Source of the DNA: Rhodosorus marinus CCMP1338 | Taxonomy: Eukaryota > Plantae > Rhodophyta | Direction: 5' to 3' | Length of the DNA stretch: 64,000 nucleotides | NCBI GenBank assembly: GCA_029953675.1 | Contig: JAMWBK010000013.1 | Location: 310,001-374,000 of the forward strand | In this document: one piece after another, positions 1-12,195 of the stretch | Layout: the number at the start of each line of letters is the position of its first letter | Numbering within the stretch: the stretch's first letter is position 1 | Notes under the pieces: model-generated | What the model saw: the letters and a program-made list of their open reading frames with translations, nothing else | What the model was told of the DNA's origin: nothing | The model's database searches: none | Made by a program: the position numbers and the translations under genes

Positions 1-112
1 TATGGGCGCGATATAAGAATCGGACGACCAAACAGCAGAGCTTGTGCTTCAATCTTGAACAAGAGCTTCCATTTTTCTGTCTATCCCCTCGACGTCTTCG
101 CGACCTCAGTAG

Positions 113-1331
113 CTAGTATTTATAAGGACGGGGCTCCGCCTGTGATGTTGGTGTGGTAGTAGTGCCCATCGGCGATCTGCTGGGTGAGGCCCCGGTTTCT
201 CTCCGAGGTTGGTAGCCAGATGCCGAACCTGAACCGACTTGAGACTGTGTACTGGGATAAACATTCCTGTCTGGGTCAATAGGTCTTCTGTAGGCCCCAC
301 TAATCTTGCTGAACACCGCCCTCACGACGTCAACGCATCCATTGAGGAGGAAGTCCTTGTTGATCTTCTGCTTGAACGAGACGTGGTTAACGGCGAGGTG
401 CGCGGAGTCTCTGAGACTTCCACCGATGATAACTCCTTGAGGCGGAAGATCGAGACTTCCAACCGCCTTAACCCGTGAAGTCGTCGACAAGTTGATGCTG
501 AATTTGTAGTCAAGTCCCGCTGGAGAATCCACAGCGGCGCCGGAACCTCCTCCCACTCTCGCGCGTAGAACATCCCTGGACTTCACTTTGAAAGTAATGA
601 ACGGTTCATGTCTTCGATAGTTGTATCCCACGCTGTTGGAAGATTGGCAACCAAACGCCAAAGTCCAGTCAGTCGCGTTCAGCTCAGGCTTGGTTGTTGA
701 ACGCAGTGAGTCTTACCTGAGAACCAGAAGGTTTGTATTCGAGCCGAGAACGCCGAGACTTGCAAATGCCGAGTCCGGGAGTGGAGCACCACGAACTCCT
801 AGCCTGATGTCGTCAAGCTTGTACTTGATGTAGGACCAAGCTCTGCCTTGGAAAAAGTCGAAGTCAACCCCAACTTTCAAGGCTTCGCGCTTGCTCTTCT
901 CGTACGGAACTACCCTCAGTTGAAAGAGAGGAGATGCTTTCCAGTGTGAAATGACCGGTAGAATGGGTCGTCCGGAAGACGGACGATCTCCAGGTCGACC
1001 CTGTGCTGAATTGGATGCGTAGGGTGGCGCTTGGTCTTGATAGACCGGAACTTCAGGGTAGAGTGATTGTCCGCCTCCTACAGTGGGCCCCCCGTAAGCA
1101 CCTGTACGAACACGGCGACCAGGGGCTGCAGTTTGAGGATGTACTTCACAAGAAAAGATGAAGGAGGCGGGACGTTTGTTTCAGACTCAACCAAACTCAA
1201 CAGTGAAGCAATTCCAATACATCCAACTCACCAGGAGTATTCCCTCCCCCCCTTATCGGGCGGATCTCTACCCGCTCTCCAGAAACCGGAGCAACCTGAG
1301 GCTCTGCAGGTCTCGATTGATCCTGACCCAT
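113..1331 (-). CDS. Hypothetical protein, 3 exons (about 1331-1232, 1077-717, 632-113); Pro/Gln-rich N-terminus followed by amphipathic beta-strand-rich region
   Basis: GT-AG introns (GTGAGT..CTGTAG; GTAAGA..CAACAG) join MGQDQSRPAEPQ.. to ..LKVGVDFDFFQGRAWSYIKYKL.. and to the 113-661 ORF (SVGYNYRRHEPFITFKVK..) in frame. Confidence 0.6.
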
Positions 1332-2393
1332 TCTCTTCAACAATCTTGCCAAAAACAACAGATCCTCCTTGCCTCCTTTTCAAGACCTTTAATTGATTCT
1401 CGTCCCGTACTAATTTCTACTCAACTTTCTCCGAAACGATCGCTTCCCACTTCCTCCCCGGGGGAGAACACAGCATTACCATTTCCATATTCGATCCTTT
1501 TCCAGATCCGTACAAATACCGTTGGAGATATCTCTGAGATACCAGTCCTCTCTAGGGGCTCCGCGTTACAGAGGCGTTTGCGGGCGGGTATGCTATGCGC
1601 TCCTCTGAGGAGACAAAGTAGGTGCATACACGTTGATCATTCTTCCACCTTTCGCATTTTCAATTTCGCCTTTTCCTCACTGTATTGAATTGTCGTGATC
1701 ACTCCTCTTCCGCTCCCGTTTGGGTTTTACGAAACGAGATGCCCTGCTTTCCTGGTAGCTTGGAAATCGGAATACGTGATGTTGCTTTGAGGTATTTAGT
1801 ACCGATCTTCGTCTTTCCCTTGAGGTGAGGTCGCGCGCACACTCAAGACGGACAAGGAAAAGACTTGAGCGTAGTTCTCACCCGTTTTCCAGTTAAATTA
1901 TCAACTATTTAAATATGTTTCTGTGCATTCATGGGATAACAAAACTTAAATCACAGAATTATTAAAAGATAACCACGAAATTATTTTCTTATTATCATAT
2001 CCACTATCTTTATATTTCTCAAACTTATTTGGCTAATAACTCCCGAAGTAGTTTTTATAGTGAATATAAATTATTCTAATCCAATTATATTGGTAAAATA
2101 TGATTTTTGTTGAAACGTTTTTTGAAAACCAATGATATGGCTTGTTCGTCGATGTTTTGGGGGGGTCGTAAGTATTTGTTATTGTTTCAATATTCATGTT
2201 TTTGGGAATAAAAGTACTGAATAGCGATTCTTTGTCGTGCGACGGCAGGCTTTCGGGAGCGAATGAGTTGGTCGGATGGCGTTGTTCGTGCTTGAAGCTG
2301 AGAGGTCAAGGGCATTGACTCCAGTTTTCGATATACTCGGAAGAATTTTCACCTCGTGCAGGTGAATCTTTTTTTTTGAAGGCTTCCCTGTGA

Positions 2394-3190
2394 TCAGGAG
2401 ATGCCCATCATTTGGTTTTTTTGAGCCTGGAGCACCCTGGTACCATGACGCCTACTCGTACGACTGATCAGAAAGATGGTCATGGCAACCACTGAGACAC
2501 TGGCGCTAAATAATATGAGCCAGTGTGAACCCAAGACGTGAGAAAAAAAAACACGGTACACACCAGTGGAGGCTAGCAAAATTTTGGTCCTACTGGTGCC
2601 GCAGACGATGACCGCTCGGTGATCCGGTCGCCATTCGCATTGCTCCACTGCGAATGAGCAGGGTGGACTTTCACAAGTCATTCCCATTCAACCAGGACAT
2701 AATACGACAGAACAAATGACCATAAGATAAGTGGGAAACTACTGTCCAGCAAACGCTCACCATTCGCCCACTAAAACACCCCACGAACGTCGACCCCGCT
2801 CTCAACTGGAAGATGAGGAAGACCAAGCGTCACATACCGTCGCCAATCATCCACGACATAAGACAGACCACGTCCTCACCATTTGGTCCTGTTGAGCATT
2901 GGACACACCTCTTACCCGGTCAACTTTAGCTTCCCCAATGCGCGATGAGGGAAAGCCCCTGTCACCGACCGTCGTCAGTTGCCTGGCGTTGTAAAATGAT
3001 GCTACAAGGGACTACCCAACGGAACTAAAAAGACCAGACCAGCATAGACACTCAGAAGTGCTCATCATTTGGTTCCTATCGGGCACTGGATTAATCAACC
3101 ACACCGCGCTTTACTCGGTTGCCGATGGCGTCCGCAATGGTATCGCCATTGCTGATGAGGACGGTAGAGTGTCACCGGCCATTGTCAGTA
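2394..3190 (-). CDS. Possible small membrane protein; exon structure unresolved
   Basis: ORF 2394-2687 has a hydrophobic segment (HWLILFSASVSVVAMTIFLI) followed by basic residues; a candidate first exon MAGDTLPSSS.. lies near 3190. Confidence 0.25.
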
Positions 3191-3315
3191 AGGCGTTGCA
3201 AAAGCGATGAGAATTTTGAGGTTTTTTTTTGTGAGGATGGGAGGGTGGGGGAAGGGTGGCTGTGGCGTATTGAGTTGGAAATCTTCTGGGTAAAGGAGTA
3301 GAAGAGGTAAAAAAA

Positions 3316-4209
3316 ATGGGAAATTCTGGGAGTGTTGAGGTGAAGGACAAGGCGCCGTCCTGTCCGATGGGATTTGGAGACGAGGAAGGCAAGAATGAAA
3401 CCATCAAAGCTGAGAATGAATCGGGGGATAAGTGCCCAGTAGATCATAAGAACATGACAAAGGATGAGATCAAGAAGAAGATGTACGATGTTTATGGACA
3501 AGAAATCGATCCGCGTAATCGAATGCCAGTCCATGGGAACGAGGTGAGGGGACCGTCTTCTTGGCAAGATTTTTCTGTCATAATATTTTACGCTGGTGAA
3601 ATGGTTTCTAGCTTCCTTCTCCAGGTCAGAAGCAGAGGTTATCAGTAGAAAGAGACCAGAGTACGATCCCTAAGAGCGGTAGTGATGGAACCTGGACATA
3701 TCCATCTCCACAACAGTTCTTCAACGCGCTGAACAGGAAAGGCAAAGCTGGTGATGTGGTCGAAGACGACATGGAGACTGTTGTTCAAATCCACAATAAA
3801 ATGAACGAGAAAACCTGGAAGGAGGTCTTGAAGTGGGAGAACCACCGCCACTGTGAATGTGAAGATATTAAACTGAAGAAGTTCGTTGGAAGACCGTCGG
3901 AGCTCTCCCCCACGGCCAGGATGAACACCTGGATGGGTCACGATGCTCCATTCGATAGGCACGATTGGACTGTAGATCGATGCGGAAAGGATGTGAGGTA
4001 TATCATTGACTACTACTACAAAGATGTCCAAGAAGACGCTGGAAAGGATGCAGAGAGAATACATGTACATGTAAGACCCGCTCTTGATTCCTTTGAGAGT
4101 GCGTATGACCGATTTATGATGAAGGTAAGGCGCACCGTCGGCTGCTTCTTCTTCCTCAAGAGATGGAGAAGACGGTGTGCAATTTCCTAACTTCAGAATG
4201 CGTTTTGGT
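3316..4209 (+). CDS. HCCS: Holocytochrome c synthase (cytochrome c heme lyase); exons 3316-3543, 3612-4124, 4195-4209
   Basis: N-terminal CP heme-regulatory motifs (SCPM, KCPVDH), WTYPSPQQFFNALNRKG, VVQIHNKMNEKTWKEVLKWE, PFDRHDWTVDRCGKDVRYIIDYY, VHVRPALDS. Confidence 0.93.
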
Positions 4210-4297
4210 GATATCGAAAAAACGCTAGTTCTCTCCGCCCATCTGGAAGCCACCGTCGCCAGGAACGACTGACAACCTGACGGATGCATCGGGAGAT

Positions 4298-4830
4298 ATG
4301 CTGAAGGAGTCACTAACGGAGCTGAGGAAGCAGGTTTCGAGTAATGACCTCGACGAGGAAGAGTTTCTGGCGCTGTCTTCTTTGACTTCCGAAAAGATTC
4401 GACAGATCTCAGAAGAAGTCGGTAAGAAATGTGATGGATTGAGACAGTCGTTGGAGGCGTGTGAAGGCGAAGAGTGTGAACAGGTTTCCGTTGCGGCAAA
4501 CTACTGCGCAGCCAGCACGATCTGCGCGTAAGTTGAAGCACATAGTCTCTAAATCCAGACCATCTTTCCGTTCTCATAAAGTGACACAATGGTTTTCCAC
4601 TGGTGCTCAGCACACAAGCAGAGAGTTTCATGAAGGCAATGACCGACGACGACAACGCTGGAGTCGCGTATGAGAGGATGACAGGATGCTTGGAAAGGTT
4701 TCATATCATGGCTCAGAGAGTTATGGCCCATCATGCAGGTCTAGTAAAGATCGGACCTGAGCAGGGAGGGGTCAGTGACTCAAACGCTCAACCCGCCGCA
4801 GCGTCCGCCAGCGAAGGAAAAGTACACTAG
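4298..4830 (+). CDS. Small helical Cys-containing hypothetical protein, 2 exons
   Basis: ORF 4298-4531 (KKCDGLRQSLEACEGEECEQVSVAANYCAASTIC) followed by a GTAAGT donor and second ORF 4603-4830 (TQAESFMKAMT..MTGCLERF). Confidence 0.55.
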
Positions 4831-4992
4831 GACTCTACCTCTTATGGATCGGATGGATCCCTTGTTGTATCATAGAAGACAGTAAAAATGCCCAAGACCA
4901 GTCGAACAGCAAAAGAAGACTTCACATCGAGCTCGCTGCTACTATCGAAGCTGACTGCCTGAGCTTTCACTCAGACCCAAAGCCAAAATCCG

Positions 4993-5274
4993 TTGAAGAC
5001 AGACTTTTCATCCGGCACCGCTGTCAACGACGCACCAGCGCAACCGCTAAGGAAGGATGATGAGTCGCTGAGGAAGGCTGCCCTGCTTTCTGAGACTCTT
5101 GTGACTCTGGAACTTCCAAATTCGAAAAGCGGGGGCCCGCTTTCAGAGCAAGATCGGAGTCGCAGTAAACTAGTCATCCAGATGAGGCCGCCTTTCCACT
5201 GCGCAACTTGGCTGGATCGGAAGACATCAAGAGTCAGGTTCGACCTGGATCAACCAAATCCGTCACAAGCATGA
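4993..5274 (+). CDS. Hypothetical protein, 3' exon (5' end unresolved)
   Basis: Open frame preceded by a CTGAC branch-like site and CACTCAG acceptor; ends RVRFDLDQPNPSQA (RVxF-like motif). Confidence 0.3.
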   Translation: MKTDFSSGTAVNDAPAQPLRKDDESLRKAALLSETLVTLELPNSKSGGPLSEQDRSRSKLVIQMRPPFHCATWLDRKTSRVRFDLDQPNPSQA

Positions 5275-5381
5275 CCCGGTTTGAGCACGAACGGACGGGA
5301 AAGTTGTACTGTATAAGGACAGACCAGCATCGCCAACCGAACTAGTCGAGCAGCTCCTCCGTAGCGAGGTCAACGGAAGCA

Positions 5382-6229
5382 TATGCTGAGTGGATTGGAA
5401 TGATGGTTAGGCTCTTTTAGATCTGCTTGCGTTACGCTTTGAAGGCGGACTGAACGGGTCGGACGGGGCCAGAGGGCGTCTCTCACCATGCCTTGAGGAT
5501 ATCCTGGAACGTTGGGTTCTGGATCGACCCTGGATGGGTTCGCGTGTGGTCGTTGAGACGACCTCAAGTCAGTCGTTCGAGGATTTCGAGTATTCGGCCG
5601 TGTTCGTTCCTCGGACAATGCTTAGAGAGCTCAGGTGCGGAAGGTGGCCGCCTCATTCTGATCATCTCCTTTGTTTCCGTTGAACCAAAATGAAACGCAG
5701 TGCTGAGATGGAGTTCTCCCCGTTATCGTTGCATTGGTGCAAGGCACGTATTCGCAGGCGTAGACTTCGCTGATGGACAAACCATCGCTGTCCTGACCTG
5801 CCAGAAGGCATCCGTTCCACTAACAAACTGGGGTGATGAGGAGGCTGCTGAGAAGGATCGCCTACTCGAACGGGTAGGAGGTCTTATTAGCACTGGTTGG
5901 TACCAATCCGCTCCTTTTCTCTAACGAATCGATTTCGTCAGTTCCTTGAGTGGGCGAAGGATCTGAGGTCGAAACTTAAGGCGAAGGGATTCTGGTCTGA
6001 CTTTACTGATCCATGCACTGGACTGCCTTATAATGGAGACTCCACTGGATCAATTTATCCCGATGTCGATGGCTTTGAGCGGCTCCTTCATTACTCGGTG
6101 GATGGCTCGATGGGATGCCGGATTATGAGCCACCCCAAGTGGCGATTCTCCTCCTACCCCGCGACCTTTTTCACAACAGCACCTCCGGAGGAGCTCATAG
6201 GTTCATTGAAGCTCACCAATGGGCTCTAG
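5382..6229 (+). CDS. MMADHC: Cobalamin trafficking protein CblD/MMADHC-like; multi-exon, start approximate
   Basis: FEYSAVFVPRTMLRELR, AVLTCQKASVPL..EKDRLLE, FLEWAKDLRSKLKAKGFWSDFTDPCTGLP, GCRIMSHPKWRFSSYPATFFTTAP match the MMADHC C-terminal domain pattern. Confidence 0.8.
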
Positions 6230-6652
6230 AGCAGGGCGTTTTACCCGTTCACATGCACAGTTATTCCCCGGGTGTGCGAACCACGGCTGCGTTCGGAGTT
6301 CAATCCGGGTCTTGAATAGGATGGCTAGCCAGCAAGAAGAAAATGATATAAGAGCCGATTTTCGAGTGTTCCGTGAGCCTTGATCCCGACTTGATCCGCT
6401 GCGGAAAACGTTCTTGCTTGCAATCAAAGGTCAAACGGTGAGTCCCATGTACCAGCACTTCTTTACCCCCGCATAGTTACTCGATTAAAAAAATTATTAG
6501 GAAAGGCTACGGCCTGATCGGCCTACCCCTCGCTCACTCTACGAATGTGCATCCGCTTCTACTCTCATAAATAGGCGCTGCGGAAGAAGAAAGTGTCTCC
6601 AACTATTCCAGTCACGGTATTAACCAAAAAACATAATAATTAATGCAGGCGT

Positions 6653-8098
6653 TCAAGGCCTGCCGCCTGTCATGATCATATCGAAAGGCGTGTATTCGTC
6701 GTCCTCAGCATCGTCCTCGTCATAAACATTGCCAAGTCGTTCTTCTACATCGGCATCCGCCAACGGCGAAACCGCTTTGAAACTCTTCAGGGCTGGGAAA
6801 GCACCCTCCTTCGAGGCTGGCTTCTGCGCACCGAGTAGACTCATCGGCGATTTCTTGCGCCGGGATATGAATTCTGCGTATTCATCCACCCCCTGGTCGC
6901 ATTCAGCACTCTGGGAGCTCCGTCCACTTTCTCTATCGGAACCTTTGGTCATAACAGCTCCTGTAGTCTGTCTTTGGCCGGTCATTGAGTCGCTGTCCCT
7001 CCCCTGGGGTTCTCTACCACGACTAGAGGCTTGTACCCCTGAGGGACTACCGGAAGGTCCATCCAAAGATGGGGTTGTCTGCTTTACGTTCAGGTCGTTC
7101 AGAGAGCTCTGCCTAGAGACTGACTGTGATGACCGGGCCTTCATCCTCAGAGAAGCTTCTCGGGACAGTGAGGCAAGGTCACCGGACTCGCCCCTCGCAG
7201 AGGGGTTCACCGGAATGTTCAACCAATCCCAGTGAGGATTGCTCACAGAAACCGTTCGCCTTTCCGGTTGGAAGGAATCAACAATCTCCGCGCCGTCTGC
7301 ACTAAGGCGTCTGATCCCGATGACCCCCATGGAGGTGCCATGGACCTTGCTTCCACTACCCACAAACATATGGGTGTCATGTGTGCCCCCATGACTGGCG
7401 GGTCCGTCATGAAGACCTTCAAGGTCCCCAACATCCACGTCTTTTGCATCGGAATCACTCCGAGCGGCGACAGAGGAAACCGGCGAAGGGGCTGAAAGGA
7501 GCTCGGTGAGCGGAAGAGCAAATCCTTCGTGGGGGTCTACCCTATCCCTTAAATCCGCTGGCTGAGCAGGGTCGTCGTCACTGAGAGACGAAGATGCCTT
7601 GCCTGGACGATTCACGGGTGATAGGACCCAGTTCCAAACCCTCTTCCCTTTCATCTCTTCCAACCCTGGATCAGGAGTCATCGGTTGATGCGCCTGAGGC
7701 ATGTGTTCAGCAGACACACTTGAAGTGCGGCTGTGCCCACTCTGGACATTGCTCAGTGATCTTCGACCCACAAGGGGCTGGCGAAAGACCTTTCTCTTGT
7801 CACCACGTGGGGTATGACCTTCAGCACACAGATCAACCTCCGTGGCACTCATATCCCGAGCCGGCGACGCGGAATCCTTCTCGAATCTGCACAAACTCGT
7901 TGCGCGCAGGTCAGGCTCCCGTTTACTCGATCCTTTCTTCAACCAGAACAACCGCCTCCCGCCTCCCCATTTCTCCACAGCGCCTTGCGGTTCCTTCCCT
8001 TCAGCCCCGCTTTTTCCCTTCGAAAGCACGCCTCGAAGCTTCATAGAGAACGGCTTCCGGCTACTACCGTCCTGCCCTACATCATCGTCCGCCATCAT
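6653..8098 (-). CDS. Intronless 481-aa Ser/Arg/Gly-rich, probably disordered hypothetical protein
   Basis: Long ORF with ATG start, flanked by an AT-rich promoter (8.1-8.8 kb); no recognisable domain. Confidence 0.7.
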   Translation of the reverse strand: MMADDDVGQDGSSRKPFSMKLRGVLSKGKSGAEGKEPQGAVEKWGGGRRLFWLKKGSSKREPDLRATSLCRFEKDSASPARDMSATEVDLCAEGHTPRGDKRKVFRQPLVGRRSLSNVQSGHSRTSSVSAEHMPQAHQPMTPDPGLEEMKGKRVWNWVLSPVNRPGKASSSLSDDDPAQPADLRDRVDPHEGFALPLTELLSAPSPVSSVAARSDSDAKDVDVGDLEGLHDGPASHGGTHDTHMFVGSGSKVHGTSMGVIGIRRLSADGAEIVDSFQPERRTVSVSNPHWDWLNIPVNPSARGESGDLASLSREASLRMKARSSQSVSRQSSLNDLNVKQTTPSLDGPSGSPSGVQASSRGREPQGRDSDSMTGQRQTTGAVMTKGSDRESGRSSQSAECDQGVDEYAEFISRRKKSPMSLLGAQKPASKEGAFPALKSFKAVSPLADADVEERLGNVYDEDDAEDDEYTPFDMIMTGGRP

Positions 8099-10976
8099 CC
8101 GAAATCACCCCTCGTTCCTCCTCCCTTCCAAACCTACAAAATAACCCTCACTTGTTCCATCAACATACACCCATCCATTTCAATACTGAACGTAACCATT
8201 AACCTCTCTTCACTCTCTCTCCTTCCATCAGTTCCCATTTTCAACCCCTTTCATCACCCCCCTTACCCCCTATATAACAACCCTCCCTCCTCCTCCTTCC
8301 CTACCAGAGCCAACTCTTCTCCAACACTCTTCTCCATATTCACTTTTTTTTCAAAACAAGTCCTCTATCAGCTCAAGACAAAAGACTCCACTAAACAAAA
8401 GCTTTCAAATCAGATACAGAGGATTTCATTCTTTCCTTTACCCCCCTCCCACCCCTTTTTTACGGTCATCCGTACTATCTACACTGATTTTAAAAAATAA
8501 TTTAGACTGTTTGGAATCATTCTCAGATTGATAAGATAGGGGGTTGCTTTGTTCGCAATAAGTTGGTCCCTCCACCCTAGAACTAGAAATACAATAAAAG
8601 CGGAGTTGGAAGGTCACTATTGTGGTCATATAATTTTTATTAATTATACTATTTTATTGTTAGTTTTCATACTTTTTAGATATACCTGAGATGATACGAT
8701 AAATACTACAAAACTCAATATTCAATCATATTGTATTGTTACCTCGATTAAGTTTTTATAAATTGTAAAAACGAAATCATCTATATATTTACTTGTTAAT
8801 AAAATATACCATTCCGTTCCATATTCAATCAAAATATTTCCGTCCTCCTATATTTATAGTTTTTCGCTGGTGATCGAGATAGAGCTTGAAAATAAACAAA
8901 GAAAAACAGATTTCCACTTCGCGCGCGGGTGATCTTTCGGTTTATCAGCTCTCCGGTTACCCCCTCCCAGGAGAGAAAAGAAAAACAGCAAATCAAGAAA
9001 GTCAATCGTTTCTTTTTAAAATTAAAATATTCAAAGTCTTGTTCGTGCTGAGAAGAAACCTTCCCACGCCCACCCCCCAGGAGGGCTGTTGTCATGGATT
9101 GGAGATTGGGAGTCACCCTGAAGTTCTTCGATAATAAAAAACAATAATAAATTCTCGTATGTACAATCTATTTATAGTGTTCGCCTGGTGAGGATTGTCA
9201 TAAAAAGTCCTCAAAAGGTTGTCAGACGCGTCCCCAAAATCAAGTCCAGGTAATATGGAATAAAAGAAGAAAGTACGGGTATGGTTAGTTAAAAAGCTTT
9301 ATAAAACCTTTCTAATTTGGTGTTTATCGGACACATCGTGTCAAATATGTTCTTTAACATATTGCGAAATGTATTTTTTATTTAATAGTACGGTACTAAT
9401 GATTTTTACAACAAATTGTATCGGACGAAACATAACCACGTTATTATTGGGATGCGCGTAAGGTGCTGACTCTGGTCGTGATCATTGGAGGGAGCGAGCC
9501 ATAGCCGACCTTCCACCTATTAGTGAAAAAAATCACTTGCGACAACGTCATATCCCAGATTCTCAAAGAGTACAACCAACAACTAGCTCAGACTCAGGCC
9601 GCTGAGCGAGCTAAGTTCGTGTCTGATGCCTTGCCATGAGGTCTGGAGCACCGATTTTCACGTTACAGTTCGATCTACCAGTTCATGCTGCCCTGTTGAG
9701 ATAGATGGTGTTGATCGAATTATTAGACCCACTAACTGTGCAAGGCTGGGACAGGTTACGTTAGCTCACGCGCAGGTGGATACCTACCAGATCCAATGTC
9801 CCAATGGAGCATATAGCGGACATTATTGGAGCATCTGCACAGTATAGCTAACTTCGATCAGCAGCCTAGTATCATGGATTCCGATTTTCCGATTCCGCCA
9901 ATGTTCGACCTTGTGAAGCACCGGGCCTCGCTGTGACAGTGCGGAGTATCTACTGTTCAAGGTATGTTCGCCATATACGTCTTCATTATCGTTTACTCAG
10001 AGACAGTAGCCCTGAGCGGATGAAGGCTAGGCCGAACCGAGATGTGTCAGTATTTTAAAGACACTCGACTCATCCACACAGTAAACTGGGGTCTCCCTCT
10101 ACGTCCTGTTGTTTAAACACCAGCAGCGTTCACGAGCGCACCAATCGGCTCTCCTTGCAGATCACTCGATCGAGTTTTCTGTTGTGCTTTATTAGTAGAA
10201 CTAACGACCCCGGATGGGTGTCGTAGGAGGGGGAACAGGGAGCCACAGTCACCCCAGCTTAACTACTAAAAACTACTGGCACTCTTGCAACTAGGAAGTG
10301 CAACCCAAGAGTTGCCTCGCCGCAGCGTGCAGTTCATCGCAGCAAGGGCTTTGCTCAAGACGGTAAGCCACGAGCCCAGATGCTGTTGTAACGTGCGAAT
10401 GCTTCGTTGGTCCCGAACAAGCACTTTTCTGTTCGTTGCTGTTGCGCGTGGGGAAGCGAGATGTCCCCCCGCGCTATCGTGAATTGAGAATTGTGAGAGC
10501 AAAACTGAAGTTGGGGAAAACTTATAAAGTGTTTTGGAATGCTTTGAAGGTATATTGGATGAATGGATTTACCCCCTGTGTAGAGCTCATGCTCAATCCA
10601 TGTCTGAATTGTCTATTTTTTTAAAAAGAAAAGAGTTTATTCATCTTTCGGTCGAATCCGCATTTTGGTTTCTGGGTGAAGGTGGAATGGTCTCCACCCA
10701 CCCTGCAGCAGACACTGAGAATTATCTGGTCAATGAGTGGGATCGGTTCCCATTCTTCCCCGTGGACAGCCCAGGCAGACGGGCTATGATTTTTTTACAT
10801 CGGCCCCTTCTTAGGAACCGGAGACCAAGTTAGCTACCATGTCCTCCACAAGCTCTTTCGTTCACTATCGTTGGATTCATCCTATTAAGGGGCAGTGAAC
10901 GTCTGTTTAAAATCGCCAGCGATACTTTTTTCATCGACTCCGCTCGAATTTTGCTGTACAACCTGGCTGTCTTCCT

Positions 10977-12195
10977 TTAGTCGATATGAGGGTGCTCTTC
11001 TTCCTCCTCAACTGGTGGTAGTTCATCTTGATCTGTTTCCTCTTCTGCTCCGGGTGGCGTCCTGCTGGGTGGAAGAGGCAGCATCACCTGAGGTCTCCAG
11101 GTAGGGAACAGGGAGAAGAAGAAAGCGAAGACGAAAGAATACAAGAACACGAAGCAGTACGCTATCCACGAGTTTGACCTCGGCTGCTCCGATGGTTCTG
11201 CAGTGGCGTCCCCGGACGCCATCCTCGCCCTCGTTCGGTTCAGAACGGAGCGTACAACTCCTGCTATTGTGGTCACGATAAACTCGAGCTTTCCGATCTG
11301 CCAGAAGTATATCAGGAAAGCAATGGCGCCAAGGAAGTAGATGTTCCGCGGTGAGCCGTTTTGGCTTAATAAGAAGACAACGAAGAGGAGCTTGAAGAGC
11401 AGAGGCCACTGAATTTGAAACCCGATTCTGAAGCCGACTCTCTGCGGCGCAACATTGCGGGCTACGGCGTTGGCTGGCGCGACTTGTCCAGCCAGAGGCA
11501 CCTGCGGAGGTGCAACCACGTCGGCAGCGGGAACGCCAGCCTGAGGCTCTGGCTGGGGTGCCACATGAGCTGGAGCGGGTGCCGATCTTTCCAACTCGTC
11601 CACCGACAAGGGACCGTCCTGGAGGGTGGAACCCAAAACAAAAGAGCACACGCATACAAACGCGTTAGAAAACTCAGTGAAAAGGGCTGGACCTATTTAG
11701 CCAAATGCATCTAGCCAACCTTTGCAGGGGTGACTGAGGTTCTTGCAGTGGAAGACGATTCAACTGTTGATACATCCGGAACCTTGGCAGGGGCTGCACT
11801 CGCTGGAGGCGGTCGCTTCACGGCAGCACCATTGCCAGGCTTCGTTTTCTTCTCAACCACGACGAGGTGGATCGCGTACGGTGGCGTTTGTTTAGCCAAC
11901 ACATGTTCCAATACTTTGAACGTCAAGATTACCCAGAACGAAGAAAACCAATGTCAGCGCCTCAGCGAACAAAAATGTGCATGTAACAAAGACCCGACTC
12001 ACCTAGATTATCCGAGAGCACCCTCCCCGTGCTAATAAGCCTCTGGGAGGATACTACAGGACCACCCGGAAAGCCAGTTTCGAGTACCTTCTTCAACTCC
12101 CCAATGGTATTATGGGCCATCACCTGAACCTTAAACGCCGACGGACCACTCAGGTCCGTCACGTTCTTTATCATTATTGACACTTGACCACTCAT
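10977..12195 (-). CDS. Ubiquitin-like domain plus C-terminal transmembrane protein (HERP/HERPUD-like ERAD component)
   Basis: MSGQVSIMIK..TIGELKKVLETGFPGGPVVSSQRLISTGRVLSD (UBL), ..PYAIHLVV, then TM segments WPLLFKLLFVVFLLSQ..FLIYFWQIG and VFLYSFVFAFFFSLFPTW. Confidence 0.7.

Noticed and set aside
1078-1101. Apparent in-frame TAG or 24-nt micro-intron in gene 1, suggesting readthrough or an alternative code
   Set aside because: A conventional GTGAGT..CTGTAG intron (1231-1078) explains it, and several genes use TAG as a normal stop.
10011-10042. Hammerhead-like CTGA..TGAAGGCTAGGCCGAAC
   Set aside because: The core CUGANGA/GAAA is not intact and stems I and III are not evident.
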